From assembly GCA_965226495.1 (NCBI GenBank), contig OZ245365.1:3968001-4032000 (forward strand): DNA of 64,000 nucleotides. The letters are read 5' to 3'. This document shows positions 1 to 9,476 of the stretch, piece after piece; the first letter of the stretch is position 1, and each line of letters opens with the position of its first letter. The notes under the pieces are model-generated. The model saw nothing but the letters and a program-made list of their open reading frames with translations. It had not been told where the DNA came from and ran no database searches. Position numbers and translations under genes: made by a program. The stretch is from Candidatus Marinacidobacterales bacterium. Its GTDB lineage: Bacteria > Acidobacteriota > Vicinamibacteria > Marinacidobacterales > DATDRI01.

Positions 1-996
1 TTCTTTCGAAAGCTCCGGGTTGGCCTCCGAATAAGCTCGGAAGCGCTCGTTCCATTCGTCCTGTGACTTTTGTCCCCGATCGACGGCTTCCCGGAAGTTC
101 GCGGCGGCTTCGTCGGGAATGTAGAAAAACCGCTCCGGATCCCACCCCAACTCTTTTTTGGTAAGCGCAACCTCTTCGTCTCCCAGCGGGCTCCCGTGTG
201 CTCCAGAAGTCCCGGCCTTGTGGGGAGAACCGAATCCGATCGTCGTGTGGACAATAATCAAAGAGGGACGCTCGGTATCCGCCTTGGCTTCCGAAATCGC
301 TGCGTCGATGGCGTCCAGGTCCTGATCGCCATCCTTTACGCGAATCACCTGCCAACCGTACGCCTCGTAACGCTTACCAACGTCCTCAGTGGAGAAAGTC
401 AGGGAAGCCGGGCCGTCGAGGGTGATGTCGTTCGAATCGTAAAGATAGATCACTTTGCCAAGCTTGAGATGACCGGCTAGGGAGGCGGCCTCCGCGGAGA
501 TCCCCTCCATGAGATCTCCGTCCGACACCAGCGCGTAGGTGTGATGGTCCACGATCGTCTTGCCCGGGCGGTTGAACCGATGGGCCAGGACACGCTCGGC
601 GATGGCCATCCCCACCGCGTTCGCGGTCCCCTGCCCGAGTGGTCCGGTGCTCGCCTCCACCCCGGGAGTCATGAACGACTCCGGATGACCCGGCGTATTA
701 CTCCCCCATTGCCGGAAGTTCTCGAGATCCGCAAGGCTCACGTCATAGCCGGTGAGATGCAGCAAGGAGTAAACCAGCATGGAACCGTGCCCGGCCGAGA
801 GGATGAATCGGTCCCGGTCCGGCCATTCGGGGTCGCGCGGGTTGTGACGGAGATGGCGCTGCCAAAGCACGTATGCCATCGGGGCCGCGCCCAAGGGCAG
901 CCCGGGGTGGCCGGAGTTCGCCTTCTGGACTGCGTCGATGGCCAACGTTCGGATGGTGTTGATGCACAGCTCGCCCAGCGAAACCGTTGCTTTCAT
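1..996 (-). CDS. tkt: Transketolase (N-terminal part, runs off the window start)
   Basis: Manual minus-strand translation from ATG 996: [68 protein letters not shown]; absent from the ORF track because there is no stop in the window. Confidence 0.95.
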   Translation of the reverse strand, partial: MKATVSLGELCINTIRTLAIDAVQKANSGHPGLPLGAAPMAYVLWQRHLRHNPRDPEWPDRDRFILSAGHGSMLVYSLLHLTGYDVSLADLENFRQWGSNTPGHPESFMTPGVEASTGPLGQGTANAVGMAIAERVLAHRFNRPGKTIVDHHTYALVSDGDLMEGISAEAASLAGHLKLGKVIYLYDSNDITLDGPASLTFSTEDVGKRYEAYGWQVIRVKDGDQDLDAIDAAISEAKADTERPSLIIVHTTIGFGSPHKAGTSGAHGSPLGDEEVALTKKELGWDPERFFYIPDEAAANFREAVDRGQKSQDEWNERFRAYSEANPELSKE

Positions 997-1208
997 TCCA
1001 CTCTCCCTTGATGGACGCCTCCCCGGCGTCCACGCTTCTTAGGAAATGGAGAATACCAAGTGAGCGAGGCTCCGACAAGACCCGTGGCTACGCTCGGAGA
1101 AACCACGATTTGCGCACCGGCTTCCCCTGCACTAAGTTCGAAGGAGGGACGCCTGGCTAGGTCCGCTATTGCACTGCTTATTTCGGCGTCTAGGGCGCTC
1201 CTTCGACC

Positions 1209-1895
1209 ATGGCCTCAAAGAGTAAGCTCTGGTACTTGAATCGTATGGATCTGTTTCGCCATATGAACATAGATGCCATGAAAATGGCGAACCAGATCAG
1301 CGTGATGACCGAGATCAAGAAGCGCACGTCGGTCTATCTCCCGGGAGATCCCGCCGACAAGATCTATCTCATCAAACGCGGTGTCGTGAAGATCGCGACG
1401 CTAACCGAGGAGGGGAAAGAGATCGCGCTCGCGTTCCTGCACCCGGGTGACGTGTTCGGGGAGCTCGCGGTGGTGGACGCCTCGCCGAGAGACCATTACG
1501 CGGAGATATACGAGGATGCCCTCATTTGCATCTTCTCGCGCAACGACTTTCTGAGGTTCATGAAGCAATATCCTGACCTCGCTTTCAAGGTGACCAAGCT
1601 CCTCGGGCTTCGCGTGCGCCGCCTATCCAATCGAGTCGAAAACCTCTTTTTCAAGAGCGCCCACGCGCGCCTGGCCCAGACGTTGCTCGACCTCTCCAAT
1701 GAATACGGTGTGCAGGACGCGGCAGGCGTTCTGCTTACGCTGAAGCTGAGCCAGCAGGAGCTCGGAAGCCTGGTCGGACTCAGCCGCGAATCGGTCAACC
1801 TATGCCTCAGCGATTTCAAACGCCAAGGGTTGGTGGAATCCTCCGGGCGCTCACTACGTCTCCTGGAGCCTGAGAAGTTGGCCGCGCTCCGATAG
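1209..1895 (+). CDS. CRP/FNR family transcriptional regulator
   Basis: cNMP-binding domain (PGDVFGELA) and HTH (LSQQELGSLVGLSRESVN). Confidence 0.93.
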   Translation: MASKSKLWYLNRMDLFRHMNIDAMKMANQISVMTEIKKRTSVYLPGDPADKIYLIKRGVVKIATLTEEGKEIALAFLHPGDVFGELAVVDASPRDHYAEIYEDALICIFSRNDFLRFMKQYPDLAFKVTKLLGLRVRRLSNRVENLFFKSAHARLAQTLLDLSNEYGVQDAAGVLLTLKLSQQELGSLVGLSRESVNLCLSDFKRQGLVESSGRSLRLLEPEKLAALR

Positions 1896-1907
1896 AACCC
1901 TGCTGAA

Positions 1908-1923
1908 AGTTAGGAACTTAACA
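1908..1923. promoter_or_regulatory. Candidate CRP-family operator
   Basis: AGTTA-GGAACT-TAACA, a near-palindrome with 5-N6-5 CRP geometry between two CRP genes. Confidence 0.4.
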
Positions 1924-2091
1924 GACCCTTCCCTCCTTTCGCTCTAATGTGCGGGATGAGGGGAGTCTGAGAGTAGCTTCCTTAGAGGAGGGAAGCGTCG
2001 CGTCTCGCCCGCGATTAGCGCCCGGCTCGGCAAGTCGTTCTTAATGGGAGGTTTGTTCTCCAGACTTGTTACGTCGGCGGGAGGTCACGTC

Positions 2092-2805
2092 ATGGCCACG
2101 CAGATCGCGTTCACGAGACAAGACATTGGTGTCCGACCACTGCCCCAGGCGGAGGCGGCCGGTCGCTTCCTGAGCGGCACACGGTTGTTCCGCAGCCTGA
2201 ACGAGAGCCAGGTCCAGAGTCTCGCCGCCCGAGGCAGCTCCTACCGAGCCGAACGGGGCCAGATCCTGTACAGCGAGGGGGAGCTTTTGAACCATCTTTA
2301 CGTGGTCCAGTCGGGCAGCGTGAAGCTCATTCGGAACTCCGAAGACGGGAAGGAGCTCATTGTGAACCTCGTCGGAGTCGGTGAATGTTTCGGCGCCATG
2401 GCTCAACCACTGCTGGCTCCGAGCCTCGCCCAAGCACTCGCGGACTCCGTCGTCCACGTGATTCCGCTTCTGCGCGTGCGCAACGTGGTTGCCGACAATC
2501 CTTCTTTTGCCCTCGACCTGCTGGAAGTTAGCGAAGAGCAATGGGTGGCCGCGCAAACGACCGCCGCTCGCTTGGCTTTCGAAAGCGTCCCGCGCCGCCT
2601 CGCGGCCTTGTTGCTCGGCATCTCCCACCTCCGGTACGGTACACTGAACTTCCCACTCAATCAGACGGAGATCGCGAACCTCATTGGCAGCAGCCGTGAG
2701 ACGGTCTGCTCCATCCTGAATCGCCTACGCCGCGATGGAATGCTGTCCATCGTCAAGGGAAGAATCCAGCTCGTCGATCGATATCGCCTCGCGGGAGTAA
2801 GATAA
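2092..2805 (+). CDS. CRP/FNR family transcriptional regulator
   Basis: GECFG cNMP domain, NQTEIANLIGSSRETV HTH; GGAGG before ATG 2092 (alternative start 2044). Confidence 0.9.
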   Translation: MATQIAFTRQDIGVRPLPQAEAAGRFLSGTRLFRSLNESQVQSLAARGSSYRAERGQILYSEGELLNHLYVVQSGSVKLIRNSEDGKELIVNLVGVGECFGAMAQPLLAPSLAQALADSVVHVIPLLRVRNVVADNPSFALDLLEVSEEQWVAAQTTAARLAFESVPRRLAALLLGISHLRYGTLNFPLNQTEIANLIGSSRETVCSILNRLRRDGMLSIVKGRIQLVDRYRLAGVR

Positions 2806-2868
2806 ACGCGCCGTTTCATCAGCTCACGGATTCCAAACCGACACCTCGTGGCATAGAATCGAGTTTCT

Positions 2869-3795
2869 ATGCCCGGTCAAGCCCTTCACTGGGTCGTCTT
2901 TACCTCCATCGTGCTGGTTATGTTGGCCCTCGATCTCGGAGTGTTCCACCGGCGGGCCCACATCATCCGACTGCGAGAGGCCGTCGTATGGAGTGTCGTC
3001 TGGATAGCACTCTCGCTTCTCTTTAATCTAGGCGTCTACCTCTATATCGGCCCACAGGCCGGATTAGATTTCCTCACCGCCTACCTCGTCGAGAAGTCGC
3101 TCAGCATCGACAACATCTTCGTGTTCCTGCTCATCTTTTCGTACTTTTCGGTGCCCGCCCAATTTCAGCACCGTGTTCTTTTTTGGGGCATCATCGCCGC
3201 CCTGTTCATGCGGGCGTTCTTCATTGCCGCCGGCCTGACTCTCATCCAGAGGTTCGAGTGGATCGTCTTCGTGTTCGGGGCTTTCTTGATCTTTACCGGA
3301 ATCCGGATGGCGGTACGCAAAGAAGGCGAGATCCACCCGGAGCGGAACCCGATCTTGAAGCTGTTTCGAAGACTCTTCGCCGTCTCCAACGAGTACGAAG
3401 GTGCACGTTTCTTTGTCAAGAAAGATAAGCACTGGATCGCGACGCCTCTGTTGATCGTGATGCTGGTGGTCGAGACTTCCGATCTCATCTTTGCGGTCGA
3501 TTCCATTCCCGCGGTTCTCGCGATCACCGTCGATCCATTTATCGTTTACACATCCAACGTTTTCGCCATACTAGGCCTGAGAGCACTTTACTTTGCCCTT
3601 GCGGGCATCATGGAGCTCTTTCATTACCTACATTACGGCCTTTCCGCTATTCTCATTTTCGTAGGAGTCAAGATGCTCCTCTCTCACATCTACGACGTCC
3701 CGACCGCCCTCGCCCTCGGTTTCATTGCCGCGACGATCTTGATTAGCGTGGTCGCTTCGATCCTGGATCCCCGAAAGAAAAGAGCCGAGGAGTGA
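2869..3795 (+). CDS. terC: TerC/Alx family membrane protein
   Basis: EKSLSIDNIFVF, DLIFAVDSIPAV and SNVFAILGLRALYF motifs. Confidence 0.93.
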   Translation: MPGQALHWVVFTSIVLVMLALDLGVFHRRAHIIRLREAVVWSVVWIALSLLFNLGVYLYIGPQAGLDFLTAYLVEKSLSIDNIFVFLLIFSYFSVPAQFQHRVLFWGIIAALFMRAFFIAAGLTLIQRFEWIVFVFGAFLIFTGIRMAVRKEGEIHPERNPILKLFRRLFAVSNEYEGARFFVKKDKHWIATPLLIVMLVVETSDLIFAVDSIPAVLAITVDPFIVYTSNVFAILGLRALYFALAGIMELFHYLHYGLSAILIFVGVKMLLSHIYDVPTALALGFIAATILISVVASILDPRKKRAEE

Positions 3796-3805
3796 GACCG
3801 GCATC

Positions 3806-4207
3806 ATGAGCGGCTTGCTTTTCGTCAAGATCGCCGTGGGCGGCGCGATCGGGGCCCTGGCGCGATATGGAATGTCCGGCGCGATCTACGCGGCGATGGG
3901 AGCTCGACTTCCATGGGGTACACTCTTCGTGAATCTTCTGGGTTGCTTCCTGCTCGGCGCTTTGATGGAGATGAGCCGGCTATCTGCCTGGGTCTCTCCG
4001 GATACGCGGCTCGCAATCGGAATCGGATTTCTTGGATCCTTCACGACCTTCTCTACGTTCGGCGTCGAGACGTTTCGTGCCATTGAAGCCGGTAGTTGGT
4101 CGGCGGCAGTGTGGAATGTTCTGCTAAACGTCGTCGGCGGGTTGTTTTTCGTTATCCTCGGGGTCGGCCTCGCTCGCGGGGTGATCCACTTGCGGAGCGG
4201 TTTATGA
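3806..4207 (+). CDS. crcB: Fluoride efflux channel CrcB/FluC
   Basis: GGAIGALARY, PWGTLFVN, GFLGSFTTFSTF. Confidence 0.95.
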   Translation: MSGLLFVKIAVGGAIGALARYGMSGAIYAAMGARLPWGTLFVNLLGCFLLGALMEMSRLSAWVSPDTRLAIGIGFLGSFTTFSTFGVETFRAIEAGSWSAAVWNVLLNVVGGLFFVILGVGLARGVIHLRSGL

Positions 4208-4566
4208 GAGAGCTCGAAGGTGAACAGGTCTTGATGCGCATTTTCATCGGAGAGAGAGACCGATGGAAAGGAAGAAGCCTCGTTGACTGCCTCGTCGAGC
4301 TCTTCAAGAAGGAGGGATTCGCAGGAGCGACGGTCTTGCATGGCACCCAGGGCTTCGGCGCCCACTCGCAGGGAATCCATCGCGATGCCATTCTGCGCCT
4401 ATCGCAGGACTTACCGGTCGTGGTGGAGGCCGTCGACACCGAGGAAAGAATCCAGAAATTGCTCCCCGCCCTCGACGAGATGATGGGAGGAGGCCTCGTC
4501 ACTCTCGAAAAGGTTCGCGTCATCCGCTACCGCCCGCACCGAGCGGAACCGCCCTCGCCTACCTAG
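4204..4566 (+). CDS. DUF190 family (PII-like) protein
   Basis: MRIFIGE..AGATVLHGTQGFG..LSQDLPVVVEAVD; usual crcB partner; ATGA overlap with crcB stop. Confidence 0.88.
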   Translation: MRELEGEQVLMRIFIGERDRWKGRSLVDCLVELFKKEGFAGATVLHGTQGFGAHSQGIHRDAILRLSQDLPVVVEAVDTEERIQKLLPALDEMMGGGLVTLEKVRVIRYRPHRAEPPSPT

Positions 4567-4727
4567 GTTTCGCGAGCCCTCGCCGTTGTCAGCACCCACC
4601 CTACATTTAGTTGTCTGTCTGGCAAGGCCCGCAATATCTTGACCTTTGGCCGCGGAAATGCTATTTTCGCGTGTTTACGAAATTCAGGAGACAGGCTCCA
4701 GAAACCTGAAGCGAGAGGTGATTCTTT

Positions 4728-5975
4728 ATGTCGAAGCGCTGGTTGATTAGCGGGCTGTTGCTCATTTTATCCACTGATGTCCCGAGCGCGATGGCGCAGG
4801 GCATCTTGTTTCCCAGCGTAGGGGCGGTCAACCGCGCAATGTCCGGCGCCTCCACCGCGGCTCCCCTCGACGCCGCCGGCGCCACTTACTGGAACCCCGC
4901 GACGATCAGCGCGTTTCCCAAGCAAGAGATCCTCGTCGGAGGCGACTTTGTCTACGGGAATACGTTTCTGGCCACGGGTGTCGTAGGCGGTACGGCGGGC
5001 GAGAATCGAAGCGACAGCGGTCTGGCCGCGGCCCCGGTGATCGGAGTCATCAGCCGACCCAAGGACTCCACGTTCACCTTTGGTCTCGGCATCTATTCCA
5101 TTCTGGGCCGGACCATCGATTTCCGCGGGAGCGAGACGAATCCGATCTTGAGCCCTTTCAATCCCCCTCGATCCTTCGGCGTCGGGCCGATTTCGGCAGA
5201 GCTCTCCGGACTTCAGGTCTCGATGTTGATGTCGAAACAGATCTCGGACACCATCTCGGTCGGTGGCGGCGTCAACGTGAACAGCGTTTCACTCGACTTG
5301 GATCCAGCATTCTTCGCGCCTAGGAACCCGAACGGCACCTTTCCCGCGGCGACGAATAGTCGACCTAACTGGGGTGCTGGATTCCAGGTCGGTGTCTTCT
5401 ACGACAGTCGCGACAAGTGGAAATTCGGAGCGGCATTCAAGAGCCAACAACGGTTCGAGACTTTCAAGTACAACTCCAAGGATGAGATCGGACGCGCTCG
5501 CGAGCTCAACCTAGAGTTCGGACTCCCCTCCATCTTTACCTTCGGTGTCGGCTACCAAGCGTCGCGGAGTACATTGATTGCGGCCGACGTTCGTCATTTC
5601 AATTACGCGAATACCCCGCTTTTCGGCCATGCTCCGGAAGTCGGTGGCCTCGGCTGGCGTAGCATCTGGGCCTTCGCGGTCGGAGCCCATCACCGATTCA
5701 ATCAGATGGTCTCCGCACAATTCGGATACGCGTACAGCCAAAGCCCGATCGAGGATGGCGAAACGATCTTCAACATGCAGCTCACGGCCGTCAACACCAA
5801 TTCCATCTCCGGAGGGGTCACGGTGGCCTTGACCACGTCCGTGGACATCGTAGGAAGCGCCGTCTACGCCTTCGAGGAGAAGAGCCAAGGCACCATCCTC
5901 CAGATCCCGGGCACCGCGATCCAGCTAAAACAAAGCCTTGGTACCTTCAGCCTTGGCCTGCGTTTCAAGCTGTAG
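4728..5975 (+). CDS. OmpP1/FadL/TodX family outer-membrane transporter
   Basis: Signal peptide, AMSGASTAAPLDAAGATYWNPA (NPA motif), beta-barrel pattern with C-terminal LRFKL. Confidence 0.85.
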   Translation: MSKRWLISGLLLILSTDVPSAMAQGILFPSVGAVNRAMSGASTAAPLDAAGATYWNPATISAFPKQEILVGGDFVYGNTFLATGVVGGTAGENRSDSGLAAAPVIGVISRPKDSTFTFGLGIYSILGRTIDFRGSETNPILSPFNPPRSFGVGPISAELSGLQVSMLMSKQISDTISVGGGVNVNSVSLDLDPAFFAPRNPNGTFPAATNSRPNWGAGFQVGVFYDSRDKWKFGAAFKSQQRFETFKYNSKDEIGRARELNLEFGLPSIFTFGVGYQASRSTLIAADVRHFNYANTPLFGHAPEVGGLGWRSIWAFAVGAHHRFNQMVSAQFGYAYSQSPIEDGETIFNMQLTAVNTNSISGGVTVALTTSVDIVGSAVYAFEEKSQGTILQIPGTAIQLKQSLGTFSLGLRFKL

Positions 5976-6037
5976 GCGGGCACTCCGTCCCCCCTGCCAA
6001 AACACGTGGATGCTGCTATCAAGGTAGCGGGGCGCCA

Positions 6038-7492
6038 CTACTGAAGGTAGCCGAGGGCGCGGAGTCGCTCGATCGCTTGCGAATCGACAGGGAGCGGTGC
6101 CCTCTCGCTACCCAAGGCCTCGATCAACTCCTCCAACGCGGTCCGCAGTTCGTCTTTCTCCCTCGAGGCCCGGTCGATGCGGTTGCGGGTCTCGTAGGGG
6201 TCGCGCGCCAGATCGTAGAACTCGTCATCGCCATCGGTATAAAGAAGGTACTTGGAGTCCAGCGTCTGAAGTGCGTAGTTCTGCCCCTTGGTCATGGACT
6301 CGAGCCGTAACTGGCGGCGCTGCGGATAGAGGCTCCTCTGCGCGAATGCATAGCGCTTCGTGTAACCCCCTATCGCCCCGCGCATCAAGGGCACAAGCGA
6401 TTGGCCCTGGATCGGCACTATCTGCTCATCTAGGGCATCCGCCGTCTCAACGAGATCCAAGAGGGTCGGAGCGAGGTCCACTTGCTCGACGACCTGATCC
6501 GCGACGACCCTACCGGCATAGAGATCGCCGTCGAAATGAAAAATCAGCGGCACGTGAAGCTGAGCGTTGTAGAGCTGTTTTGAGTGTCCAAACCACCCAT
6601 GGTTCTCTAAACCCTCTCCGTGGTCGGCGGTGACCACCCACAGGGCACCGTTGTCGAGCCCGCGCCGAGCCAGTTCGGAGTAGAGCCGTCGAAGCTCGGC
6701 GTCCACGAAGGCAATCTCGCCATCGTACAGGAGGATTTGTCTTCGGAGCGCGCCGTTTCTGGACGTATCTAGCCGGTGCTCGGTCTTCAAGAACTCTATT
6801 TGGGCGAGCCTTTCGGCAACGTTCTTGGGCCGCAGCTTCTGTAGGTACTCGGCCGGCGGGTCACGCGGACCGTGAGGATCGAAGAGGTGCACCCAGAGGA
6901 AAAACCGCTGGTCGGGTGACACCGCGTCCAGCCAGCGGATCGCAGAGTCGATCGTCTCGTTCGCCGGACGGTACAACTTGTCGTCGGGCTTCCTTTTCGT
7001 ATCGTGCTTTGTCGACCCGTCCTGTGCGAGCTCGTCGTAATGCTCGAACCCCTGCCGGAGGCCACCCCAGTCGAAATGAGCGTCGGTGCTCGTGAACGCG
7101 GCGGTCGCAAACCCTTGTCGAGCGAGGAGTTCAGCAAGCGTCACGTAAGACTCATCGAGGCGGAAGCCGTTGCGGTGGACGTTGTGCTGCAACGGGTACA
7201 GAGACGTGAAGAGAGACGCATGGGACGGCTGCGTCGTACTGGATTGAGCGTAGGCCCTGCTAAAGACAACCCCGCGCTCGGCAAGGGAGTCGAGAAACGG
7301 CGATACCGGCCGCCGGTAGCCGTAGCTTCCAAGATGGTCCGCGCGGAGGGTATCGATCACGACGAGAACGATCCGTTCCGGTGGCGGGGGCTCGGGTGCC
7401 ACGGGTTCAGAGGGTGCCGGCGATTGGCACCCCACCGAAAAAAAGACGGCGGCGGCGGCGAGCAGCGGACCAACGATGCCACGGTAAAGAAT
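6038..7492 (-). CDS. Sulfatase-like lipoprotein (alkaline phosphatase superfamily)
   Basis: VVIDTLRADH, TTQPSHASLFTS, TADHGE, LYNAQLHVPL, LRALGYL; lipobox SVGC; probable ATT start at 7492 after AAGGAGG. Confidence 0.88.
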   Translation of the reverse strand: MLYRGIVGPLLAAAAVFFSVGCQSPAPSEPVAPEPPPPERIVLVVIDTLRADHLGSYGYRRPVSPFLDSLAERGVVFSRAYAQSSTTQPSHASLFTSLYPLQHNVHRNGFRLDESYVTLAELLARQGFATAAFTSTDAHFDWGGLRQGFEHYDELAQDGSTKHDTKRKPDDKLYRPANETIDSAIRWLDAVSPDQRFFLWVHLFDPHGPRDPPAEYLQKLRPKNVAERLAQIEFLKTEHRLDTSRNGALRRQILLYDGEIAFVDAELRRLYSELARRGLDNGALWVVTADHGEGLENHGWFGHSKQLYNAQLHVPLIFHFDGDLYAGRVVADQVVEQVDLAPTLLDLVETADALDEQIVPIQGQSLVPLMRGAIGGYTKRYAFAQRSLYPQRRQLRLESMTKGQNYALQTLDSKYLLYTDGDDEFYDLARDPYETRNRIDRASREKDELRTALEELIEALGSERAPLPVDSQAIERLRALGYLQ

Positions 7493-7557
7493 GACGACGA
7501 CCTCCTTCGTGTATTGCCGAGGTATGATGTCAGAGAAATCTCGAACTCGCCAAACAC

Positions 7558-8507
7558 ATGCCCCTCAGATCGCTCTTACCTGTCGTTTCAGTCATCTTGA
7601 TATGTACGACTTCGTGGGCGGCGGCCAACCCAGCGGGAAGTCGCGGTGACCTTCGACGATCTGCCGGCCGCCCACTTGCCCGCCTCGGATGCTTGTAATC
7701 TGGAAAGCATCGAGAAGATGACCGAACGCCTTCTCGCGAAAGTGACCGAGACTCGGGTCCCCGCGGTAGGGTTGGTGGTCGAAAGCCGGCTCTGCGACGA
7801 GCTCCGAACACGACATCTGGCGCCGCTCCTCGAACGGTGGCTCGACGCCGGACTCGAGCTGGGAAACCACTCCTACTCCCACTTCGACTTGAACCAAACG
7901 CCCTCGAAGCAATACCGCGAGGACATCGTTCGGGGCGAAGCCACTACGTCACGGCTTCTAGCCGGTCGAGGCAAGAAGCTACGGTATTTTCGCTAACCCT
8001 TACCTTCATGCCGGCGACGAGTTGGAGAAGAAGCGAGCCATCGAGACATTTCTAACTGAACGAGGTTACACCAACGCGCCGGTGACCATCGACAACCAAG
8101 AATGGATCTTCGCCGCTCTCTACGCGCAAGCTCGAAACCGGAGAGACGCGGCGACCGCGAAGAGAGTCCTCGACGCGTACATCCCTTACATGGAGACGAT
8201 GTTCGAGTATTACGAGGACCTGTCGACGAGGGTTTAGGGTCGCGAGATCCCGCAGGTGCTCCTGCTTCACGCCAACCCGATCAACGCCGATAGTTTCGAC
8301 GCGCTGGTGGAGATGATGACCGGCCGAGGCTACTCTTACATCTCGCTCGAGCAGGCGCTGTCCGACGAGGCCTACCGCTCGCCGGACACATACGTGGGCT
8401 CACAAGGATTGTCCTGGCTTCTCCGTTGGGCGAAGGCAGCCGATGTCCAAGTCCCTAAGGAGCCACGGGAGACGCCGTGGCTTGCGGAGCTCTTCCGCAC
8501 TTACTGA
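7558..8507 (+). pseudogene. Polysaccharide deacetylase (NodB-like), disrupted
   Basis: Signal peptide from ATG 7558; TFDDLP, ELGNHSYSH, YFR-PYL, VLLLHAN motifs; +1 frameshifts near 7630 and 7995 and in-frame TAG at 8235-8237. Confidence 0.8.
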
Positions 8508-8540
8508 GCTCTGCCTCTTCAATGGCTCGATGGCAAAACT

Positions 8541-9461
8541 CTACTTGTTTGCGACGTCCCAGAGCTGTTGCAACTTGGTGAGGTAATCGTCTTTGCTCTC
8601 GACGCCGGGCGCGAACTGAACGTCGAGAACCAACTCGTGAGCTCCAATCTCTCGAGCCGCGGCGATGTCGGCTCCGATCTGCTCGATGGTGCCCGTGAAG
8701 TCGGGGCGGTCACCGCCAGGTGCTGAGTCGGAGAACTCACAGTTTCCACGGACGATAAGCTCCAAGTTCCCGGGATCTCGACCCGCTTCCTTTGCCATCG
8801 CTTGGATCCCGCCGAACATCTCCGGCACCGCCTTGAGCGGAATCCCGACTGGAAACCACCCGTTTGCCTCCCGCGCCACTCTTTGAAGAGCGCTGGGTGC
8901 ATAGGCAGCCATGTAGATAGGTGGATGAGGTTTTTGAACCGGCTTGAGACTAATGGTCGATTCCGCAATGTGAACGTACTCGCCCTTGAACTCGACCGGA
9001 TCGGTGGTCCAAATCGTCTTGAGGGCGCGGATGAGCTCATCGGCGCGTTTGCCCTTACCAGACCACGACATTCCCGCAGCCTCGTACTCATCGGGCGACC
9101 ATCCCATCCCGAGTCCAACCCGAAGTCGACCGCCCGAGAGAACGTCCAGACTGGTGAGCGTTCGCGCAAGCAGCGTGGGGTTGTACCAGGGGAGGTTCAG
9201 CACGCTGGAGCCGACGGTAACGCGCTTGGTTTGAGCCGCTGCGAACGCGAGCGTTTGCAACGGATCCAAGGTCGACTTGTATTGAACCGGGAGACTTCCG
9301 TCCCCCGCCGGGTAGGGCGCCCGGGGCTTCGTCGGCCATAGCAAACGGTCCAACACCCAGAGACTGTCGTAACCAAGTTCCTCCGCCCGGGTGGAAACCG
9401 CGGTGACCGCTTCCGGGCCGGCGGCCTTTCCTACTTGTGGAAGTGCAAATCCTAAACGCAT
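8541..9461 (-). CDS. LLM-class F420-dependent oxidoreductase
   Basis: GYDSLWVLD, LDVLSGGRLRVGLGMGW, KPVQKPHPPI. Confidence 0.9.
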   Translation of the reverse strand: MRLGFALPQVGKAAGPEAVTAVSTRAEELGYDSLWVLDRLLWPTKPRAPYPAGDGSLPVQYKSTLDPLQTLAFAAAQTKRVTVGSSVLNLPWYNPTLLARTLTSLDVLSGGRLRVGLGMGWSPDEYEAAGMSWSGKGKRADELIRALKTIWTTDPVEFKGEYVHIAESTISLKPVQKPHPPIYMAAYAPSALQRVAREANGWFPVGIPLKAVPEMFGGIQAMAKEAGRDPGNLELIVRGNCEFSDSAPGGDRPDFTGTIEQIGADIAAAREIGAHELVLDVQFAPGVESKDDYLTKLQQLWDVANK

Positions 9462-9476
9462 GAGAGAACCTCCTAG

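Noticed and set aside
70-1011. Plus-strand ORFs 70-480 and 541-1011
   Set aside because: They are antisense shadows of transketolase.
1959-2040. yybP-ykoY manganese riboswitch for terC
   Set aside because: GAGTAGC, CGTC, CCGG and GCAAG fragments are present, but P1 pairing is poor and the region precedes the CRP gene; an Rfam scan would be needed.
8235-8237. Pyrrolysine or stop-codon reassignment at the in-frame TAG
   Set aside because: The same gene has two frameshifts, and TAG ends many intact genes in this window.
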